Under the pieces are notes generated by a model that did not search any database, was not told the origin of the DNA, and saw only the letters and a list, made by a program, of their open reading frames with translations. A stretch of 64,000 nucleotides of DNA from the human T2T-CHM13v2.0 reference genome, Homo sapiens, in assembly GCF_009914755.1 (NCBI RefSeq), contig NC_060927.1; one strand, given 5' to 3'. Positions 56,201 through 64,000 of this stretch are shown in pieces. The translations under genes were made by a program, and so were the position numbers. Positions within the stretch are counted from its first letter, which is position 1. The number at the start of each line of letters is the position of its first letter.

Positions 56201-56634
56201 CACACACGTACCAAAGTAGTTTCTGAGAATGATTCTGTCTAGTTTGCATACGAAGATATTTCCTTTTCTACCATTGGCCTCAAAGCTCTGAAATCTCCAC
56301 TTGCAAATTCCACAAAAAGAGAGTTTCAAATCTGCTGTTTCTAAAGGAAAGTTCAACTCTGAGAGTTGAATACACACCAGAAAAAGCAGTTACTGAGAAG
56401 TCTTCTGTCTAGCATTATATGAAGAAATCCCATTTCCAACGAAGACTTCAAAGATGTCCAAATATCCACTTGCAGATTCTGCAAAAAGAGTGTTTCGAAA
56501 CAACTGTATGAAAAGAAAGGTTAAACACTGTGAGTTGAACGCACACATTGCAAAGCAGTTTCTGAGAATGATTCCGTCTAATTATTATACGAAGGTATTT
56601 CCTTTTCTATCATTGGCCTCAAAGCGCTTGATAC
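50280..56634 (-). repeat. Recent tandem duplication of one HOR length carrying a diverged HOR haplotype
   Basis: More than a dozen otherwise rare SNVs at 52068-53127 are repeated exactly at 54959-56018. Confidence 0.9.
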
Positions 56635-59600
56635 CTCCACCTGAAAATTCCACAAAAAGAGTGTTTCCAATCTACTCTGTCTAAAGGAACGTTCAACTCT
56701 GTGAGTTGAATACACACACACAGAAAGAATTCACTGAGAATTCTTCTGTCTGGCATTACATGAAGAAATCCCGTTTCCAACGAAGGCCTCAAAGAGGTCC
56801 AAATATCCACTTGCAGATTCTGCAAAAAGAGTGTTTCAAAACCGCTCCATTAAAAGGAATGTTGAACTCTGTGAGTTGAATGCAAACATCACAACTCAGT
56901 TTCTGAGAATGCTTCTGACTAGATTTTATGGTAAGATATTTCCTTTTCTACCGTAGGCTTCAATGCCCTCTAAATACATCCTTGCAAATTCTACAAAGAG
57001 ACTGTTTCATAACTGCTCTATAGGAAGAAATGTTCAACTCTGTGAGTTGAATGCAGAGATCACAACGTGGTTTCTGCGAATGATTCTTTGTAGTTTTTAC
57101 ATGAAGATATTTCGTTGTCAACCGTAGGCTTCAAAGCACTCAAAGTATTCACTTGGAACTTTTACAAAAAGAGTGTTAGAAAACTGCTCTTTCCAAAGTA
57201 AGGTTCAACTCTGTGAGTTGAATGCACACATAACAATCAAGAAGTTTCTGAGAATTCTTCTGTCCTGGTTTATATGAAGAAATCCCGTTTCCAACGAAGG
57301 CCTCAAAGACGTTTAAATATCCACTTGCAGACTTCACAAACAGAGTGTTTCCAAACTGCTCTATGAAAAGAAAGGTTAAACTCTGTGAGTTGAACGCGCA
57401 CATCACAAAGTAGTTTGTGAGAATGATACTGTCTAGTTTTTATACGAAGATATTTCCTTTCTACCATTGGCGTCAAAGCGCTAGAATTCTCCACTTGCAA
57501 ATTCCACAAAAAGAGTGTTTCCAATCTGCTCTGTCTAAAGGAAGGTTCAACTCTGTGAGTTGAATACACACACACAAAGAAGCTACTGAGAATTCTTTTG
57601 TCAAGAATTATAAGAAGAAATCCCGTTTCCAACGAAGGCCTCAAAGAGTTCCAAATATCCACTTGCACACTGCACAAACTAAGTCTTTCCAAACTGCTCT
57701 ATGCAAAGAAATGTTCAACTCTGTGAGTTTAATACACACATCACAAAGCAGTTTCTGAGAATGATACTGTCTAGTTTTTATACGAAGATATTTCCTTTTG
57801 TACCATTGGCCTCATACTGCGAGAATTTTCCACATGCAAATTCCACAAAGAGAGTGTTTCCAATCCGCTCTGTCTAAAGGAAGGTTCAACTCTCTGATTT
57901 GAATACATACATCCCAAAAGAAGTTACTGAGAATTCTTCTGTCTAGCATTATGTGAAGAAATCCCGTTTCCAACGAAAGCCTCAAAGAGGTCCAAATATC
58001 CAGTTGCAGAATTTACAAACTGACTGTTTCCAAACTCATCTATGAAAAGAAAGGTTAAACTCTGTGAGTTGAATGCACATATCACAAAGTAGTTCCTGAG
58101 AATGATTCTGTCTAGTTTTTATACGAAGATATTTCCTTTTCCACCAATGGCCTCAAAGTGCTTGAAATCTCCCCTTGCAAATTCCACAGACAAGTGTTTC
58201 AAATCTGCACTGTCTAAAGGAAGGTTCAACCCTGTGAGTTGAATACACACACACAGAAACAAATTCACTGAGAATTCTATTGTCTATCATTACACGAAGA
58301 AATCCCGTTTACTACGAAGGCCTCAAAGAGGTCCAAATATCCAGCTGCAGACATTACAAACTGAGTGTTTCCAAAGTGCTCTATGAAAAGAAGTGTTAAA
58401 CACTGTGAGTTCAATGCACACATCCCAAAGCAGTTTCTGAGAATGATTCCGTCTATTTTTTCTACGAAGTTATTTCCTTTTCTGCCGTTGGCCTCAAAGC
58501 GCTTGAAATCTCCACTTGCAAATTCCACAAAAAGAGAGTTTCAAATCTGCTCTGTCTAATGGAAGGTTCAACTCTGTGAGTTGAATACACACCACAAAAA
58601 GAAGTTACTGAGAATTCTTCTGTCTAGCATTATATGAAAAATCCCGTTTCCAACGAAGGCCACAAAGAGGTCCAAATATCCACTTGCAGATTCTGCAAAA
58701 AGAGTGTTTCCAAACTGCTCTATGAAAAGAAACGTTAAACTCTGTGAGTTGAACGCAAACATCACAAAGTAGTTTCTGAGAATGACTCCGTCTAGTTTTT
58801 ATACGAAGATATTTCCTTTCCTACCATTCACTTCAAAGCGCTTGAAGTCTCCCCCTGAAAATTCCACAAAAAGTGTTTCCAATCTGCTCCGCCTAAAGGA
58901 AGCTTCAACTCTGTGAGTTGAATACCCACAACCCAAAGAAGTTACTGAAAATTCTTCTGTCTAGCATTATATGAAGAAATCCCGTTTCCAACGAAGGCCT
59001 CGAATACTTCCAAATATTCAGTTGCTGACTTTACAAACTGAGTGTTTCCAAACTGCTCTATGAAAAGAAAGGTTAAACACTGTGAGTTGAACACACACGT
59101 ACCAAAGTAGTTTCTGAGAATGATTCTGTCTAGTTTGCATACGAAGATATTTCCTTTTTTACCAGTGGCCTCAAAGCTCTGAAATCTCCACTTGCAAATT
59201 CCAGAAAAAGAGAGTTTCAAATCTGCTGTTTCTAAAGGAAAGTTCAACTCTGAGAGTTGAATACACACCAGAAAAAGCAGTTACTGAGAAGTCTTCTGTC
59301 TAGCATTATATGAAGAAATCCCATTTCCAACGAAGACTTCAAAGAGGTCCAAATATCCACTTGCAGATTCTGCAAAAAGAGTGTTTCGAAACAACTGTAT
59401 GAAAAGAAAGGTTAAACACTGTGAGTTGAACGCACACATTGCAAAGCAGTTTCTGAGAATGATTCCGTCTAATTATTATACGAAGGTATTTCCTTTTCTA
59501 TCATTGGCCTCAAAGCGCTTGATACCTCCACCTGAAAATTCCACAAAAAGAGTGTTTCCAATCTACTCTGTCTAAAGGAACGTTCAACTCTGTGAGTTGA

Positions 59601-62600
59601 ATACACACACACAGAAAGAATTCACTGAGAATTCTTCTGTCTGGCATTACATGAAGAAATCCCGTTTCCAACGAAGGCCTCAAAGAGGTCCAAATATCCA
59701 CTTGCAGATTCTGCAAAAAGAGTGATTCAAAACCGCTCCATTAAAAGGAATGTTGAACTCTGTGAGTTGAATGCAAACATCACAACTCAGTTTCTGAGAA
59801 TGCTTCTGACTAGATTTTATGGTAAGATATTTCCTTTTCTACCGTAGGCTTCAATGCCCTCTAAATACACCCTTGCAAATTCTACAAAGAGACTGTTTCA
59901 TAACTGCTCTATAGGAGGAAAGGTTCAACTCTGTGAGTTGAATGCAGAGATCACAACGTGGTTTCTGCGAATGATTCTTTGTAGTTTTTACATGAAGATA
60001 TTTCGTTGTCAACCGTAGGCTTCAAAGCACTCAAAGTATTCACTTGGAACTTTTACAAAAAGAGTGTTAGAAAACTGCTCTTTCCAAAGTAAGGTTCAAC
60101 TCTGTGAGTTGAATGCACACATAACAATCAAGAAGTTTCTGAGAATTCTTCTGTCCTGGTTTATATGAACAAATCCCGTTTCCAACGAAGGCCTCAAAGA
60201 CGTTTAAATATCCACTTGCAGACTTCACAAACAGAGTGTTTCCAAACTGCTCTATGAAAAGAAAGGTTAAACTCTGTGAGTTGAACGCACACATCACAAA
60301 GTAGTTTCTGAGAATAATACTGTCTAGTTTTTATACGAAGATATTTCCTTTCTACCATTGGCGTCAAAGCGCTAGAATTCTCCACTTGCAAATTCCACAA
60401 AAAGAGTGTTTCCAATCTGCTCTGTCTAAAGGAAGGTTCAACTCTGTGAGTTGAATACACACACACAAAGAAGCTACTGAGAATTCTTTTGTCAAGAATT
60501 ATAAGAAGAAATCCCGTTTCCAACGAAGGCCTCAAAGAGTTCCAAATATCCACTTGCACACTGCACAAACTAAGTCTTTCCAAACTGCTCTATGCAAAGA
60601 AATGTTCAACTCTGTGAGTTTAATACACACATCACAAAGCAGTTTCTGAGAATGATACTGTCTAGTTTTTATACGAAGATATTTCCTTTTGTACCATTGG
60701 CCTCATACTGCTAGAATTTTCCACTTGCAAATTCCACAAAAAGAGTGTTTCCAATCCGCTCTGTCTAAAGGAAGGTTCAACTCTCTGATTTGAATACACA
60801 CATCCCAAAAGAAGTTACTGAGAATTCTTCTGTCTAGCATTATGTGAAGAAATCCCGTTTCCAACGAAAGCCTCAAAGAGGTCCAAATATCCAGTTGCAG
60901 AATTTACAAACTGACTGTTTCCAAACTCATCTATGAAAAGAAAGGTTAAACTCTGGGAGTTGAATGCACATATCACAAAGTAGTTCCTGAGAATGATTCT
61001 GTCTAGTTTTTATACGAAGATATTTCCTTTTCCACCAATGGCCTCAAAGTGCTTGAAATCTCCCCTTGCAAATTCCACAGACAAGTGTTTCAAATCTGCA
61101 CTGTCTAAAGGAAGGTTCAACCCTGTGAGTTGAATACACACACACAGAAAAAAATTCACTGAGAATTCTATTGTCTATCATTACACGAAGAAATCCCGTT
61201 TACTACGAAGGCCTCAAAGAGGCCCAAATATCCAGCTGCAGACATTACAAACTGAGTGTTTCCAAAGTGCTCTATGAAAAGAAGTGTTAAACACTGTGAG
61301 TTCAATGCACACATCCCAAAGCAGTTTCTGAGAATGATTCCGTCTATTTTTTCTACGAAGATATTTCCTTTTCTGCCGTTGGCCTCAAAGCGCTTGAAAT
61401 CTCCACTTGCAAATTCCACAAAAAGAGAGTTTCAAATCTGCTCTGTCTAATGGAAGGTTCAACTCTGTGAGTTGAATACACACCACAAAAAGTAGTTACT
61501 GAGAATTCTTCTGTCTAGCATTATATGAAAAATCCCGTTTCCAACGAAGGCCACAAAGAGGTCCAAATATCCACTTGCAGATTCTGCAAAAAGAGTGTTT
61601 CCAAACTGCTCTATGAAAAGAAACGTTAAACTCTGTGAGTTGAACGCAAACATCACAAAGTAGTTTCTGAGAATGACTCCGTCTAGTTTTTATACGAAGA
61701 TATTTCCTTTCCTACCATTCACTTCAAAGCGCTTGAAGTCTCCCCCTGAAAATTCCACAAAAAGTGTTTCCAATCTGCTCCGCCTAAAGGAAGCTTCAAC
61801 TCTGTGAGTTGAATACCCACAACCCTAAGAAGTTACTGAGAATTCTTCTGTCTAGCATTATATGAAGAAATCCCGTTTCCAACGAAGGCCTCAAATACAT
61901 CCAAATATCCAGTTGCTGACTTTACAAACTGAGTGTTTCCAAACTGCTCTATGAAAAGAAAGGTTAAACACTGTGAGTTGAACACACACGTTCCAAAGTA
62001 GTTTCTGAGAATGATTCTGTCTAGTTTGCATACCAAGATATTTCCTTTTCTACCAGTGGCCTCAAAGCTCTGAAATCTCCACTTGCAAATTCCACAAAAA
62101 GAGAGTTTCAAATCTGCTGTTTCTAAAGGAAAGTTCAACTCGGAGAGTTGAATACACACCAGAAAAAGCAGTTACTGAGAAGTCTTCTGTCTAGCATTAT
62201 ATGAAGAAATCCCATTTCCAACGAAGACTTCAAAGAGGTCCAAATATCCACTTGCAGATTCTGCAAAAAGAGTGTTTCGAAACAACTGTATGAAAAGAAA
62301 GGTTAAACACTGTGAGTTGAACGCACACATTGCAAAGCAGTTTCTGAGAATGATTCCGTCTAATTATTATACGAAGGTATTTCCTTTTCTATCATTGGCC
62401 TCAAAGCGCTTGATACCTCCACCTGAAAATTCCACAAAAAGAGTGTTTCCAATCTACTCTGTCTAAAGGAACGTTCAACTCTGTGAGTTGAATACACACA
62501 CACAGAAAGAATTCACTGAGAATTCTTCTGTCTGGCATTACATGAAGAAATCCCGTTTCCAACGAAGGCCTCAAAGAGGTCCAAATATCCACTTGCAGAT

Positions 62601-64000
62601 TCTGCAAAAAGAGTGTTTCAAAACCGCTCCATTAAAAGGAATGTTGAACTCTGTGAGTTGAATGCAAACATCACAACTCAGTTTCTGAGAATGCTTCTGA
62701 CTAGATTTTATGGTAAGATATTTCCTTTTCTACCGTAGGCTTCAATGCCCTCTAAATACACCCTTGCAAATTCTACAAAGAGACTGTTTCATAACTGCTC
62801 TATAGGAAGAAAGGTTCAACTCTGTGAGTTGAATGCAGAGATCACAACGTGGTTTCTGCGAATGATTCTTTGTAGTTTTTACATGAAGATATTTCGTTGT
62901 CAACCGTAGGCTTCAAAGCACTCAAAGTATTCACTTGGAACTTTTACAAAAAGAGTGTTAGAAAACTGCTCTTTCCAAAGTAAGGTTCAACTCTGTGAGT
63001 TGAATGCACACATAACAATCAAGAAGTTTCTGAGAATTCTTCTGTCCTGGTTTATATGAACAAATCCCGTTTCCAACGAAGGCCTCAAAGACGTTTAAAT
63101 ATCCACTTGCAGACTTCACAAACAGAGTGTTTCCAAACTGCTCTATGAAAAGAAAGGTTAAACTCTGTGAGTTGAACGCACACATCACAAAGTAGTTTCT
63201 GAGAATGATACTGTCTAGTTTTTATACGAAGATATTTCCTTTCTACCATTGGCGTCAAAGCGCTAGAATTCTCCACTTGCAAATTCCACAAAAAGAGTGT
63301 TTCCAATCTGCTCTGTCTAAAGGAAGGTTCAACTCTGTGAGTTGAATACACACACACAAAGAAGCTACTGAGAATTCTTTTGTCAAGAATTAAAAGAAGA
63401 AATCCCGTTTCCAACGAAGGCCTCAAAGAGTTCCAAATATCCACTTGCACACTGCACAAACTAAGTCTTTCCAAACTGCTCTATGCAAAGAAATGTTCAA
63501 CTCTGTGAGTTTAATACACACATCACAAAGCAGTTTCTGAGAATGATACTGTCTAGTTTTTATACGAAGATATTTCCTTTTGTACCATTGGCCTCATACT
63601 GCTAGAATTTTCCACTTGCAAATTCCACAAAAAGAGTGTTTCCAATCCGCTCTGTCTAAAGGAAGGTTCAACCCTCTGATTTGAATACATACATCCCAAA
63701 AGAAGTTACTGAGAATTCTTCTGTCTAGCATTATGTGAAGAAATCCCGTTTCCAACTAAAGCCTCAAAGAGGTCCAAATATCCAGTTGCAGAATTTACAA
63801 ACTGACTGTTTCCAAACTCATCTATGAAAAGAAAGGTTAAACTCTGTGAGTTGAATGCACATATCACAAAGTAGTTCCTGAGAATGATTCTGTCTAGTTT
63901 TCATACGAAGATATTTCCTTTTCCACCAATGGCCTCAAAGTGCTTGAAATCTCCCCTTGCAAATTCCACAGACAAGTGTTTCAAATCTGCACTGTCTAAA

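Larger units (their letters stand above)
1..64000 (-). repeat. D3Z1: Alpha-satellite HOR array (17-mer, 2891 bp; 22 full copies + partial), most likely human chr3 live centromeric array D3Z1 / S01/1C3H1L
   Basis: Alphoid motifs (ttcaactctgtgagttgaa, ctgagaatgattctgtctag, aaatatccacttgca) recur about every 170 bp. The ORF track repeats every 2891 bp (455, 3346, 6237 ...). CENP-B box spacings of 341+339+338+339+341+514+338+341 = 2891 equal 17 monomers. There is one HindIII site per unit. The alpha-satellite call is essentially certain; the chromosome assignment comes from recalled HOR size and enzyme. Strand is given relative to the conventional CENP-B box orientation. Confidence 0.9.

Noticed and set aside
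455-63474. About 170 short ORFs (64-129 aa) on both strands
   Set aside because: They are translations of alphoid monomers recurring at the HOR period. They overlap on opposite strands, have no recognisable domain, and are created or destroyed by single SNVs (missing in copies 3/4; extended at 42162 and 50672).
1-64000. CRISPR-like array (palindromic motif ttcaactctgtgagttgaa at regular spacing)
   Set aside because: The intervening sequences are homologous to each other rather than unique spacers, the period is 171 bp, and no cas genes are present.
1-64000. Hidden insertion (L1/Alu/viral), inversion or truncated HOR variant
   Set aside because: ORF coordinates keep an exact 2891-bp period throughout (one +2 shift) and all CENP-B boxes stay on one strand, leaving no room for such events.
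1-64000. A previously undescribed biological system
   Set aside because: Everything visible is explained by a known class of centromeric satellite plus ordinary mutation, duplication and conversion; only the individual variant events may be unreported.

Overview
The whole 64-kb window is one uninterrupted, single-orientation primate alpha-satellite higher-order repeat (HOR) array. About 171-bp monomers form a 17-monomer, 2891-bp HOR, present as 22 complete copies plus 396 bp of a 23rd. One copy is 2893 bp because of a CA slippage. CENP-B boxes lie on the minus strand in an every-second-monomer pattern with one 3-monomer gap, and there is one HindIII site per unit. A 17-mer, 2.9-kb HindIII HOR with dimeric box spacing best matches the active human chromosome 3 centromeric array D3Z1 (S01/1C3H1L); this is from recall, not a database search. 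All listed ORFs are artefacts of the repeat. I see no genes, mobile elements, inversions or monomer-deletion HOR variants, and I cannot support a claim of a new biological system. The interesting signal is in copy-to-copy variants: recent local duplications, mosaic HOR copies, an apparent out-of-register micro gene conversion, and propagated CENP-B box losses. Copy numbering uses an arbitrary phase, with starts at 1, 2892, 5783, 8674, 11565, 14456, 17347, 20238, 23129, 26020, 28911, 31802, 34693, 37584, 40475, 43366, 46257, 49150, 52041, 54932, 57823, 60714 and 63605. Variants were read by eye, so the lists may be incomplete.
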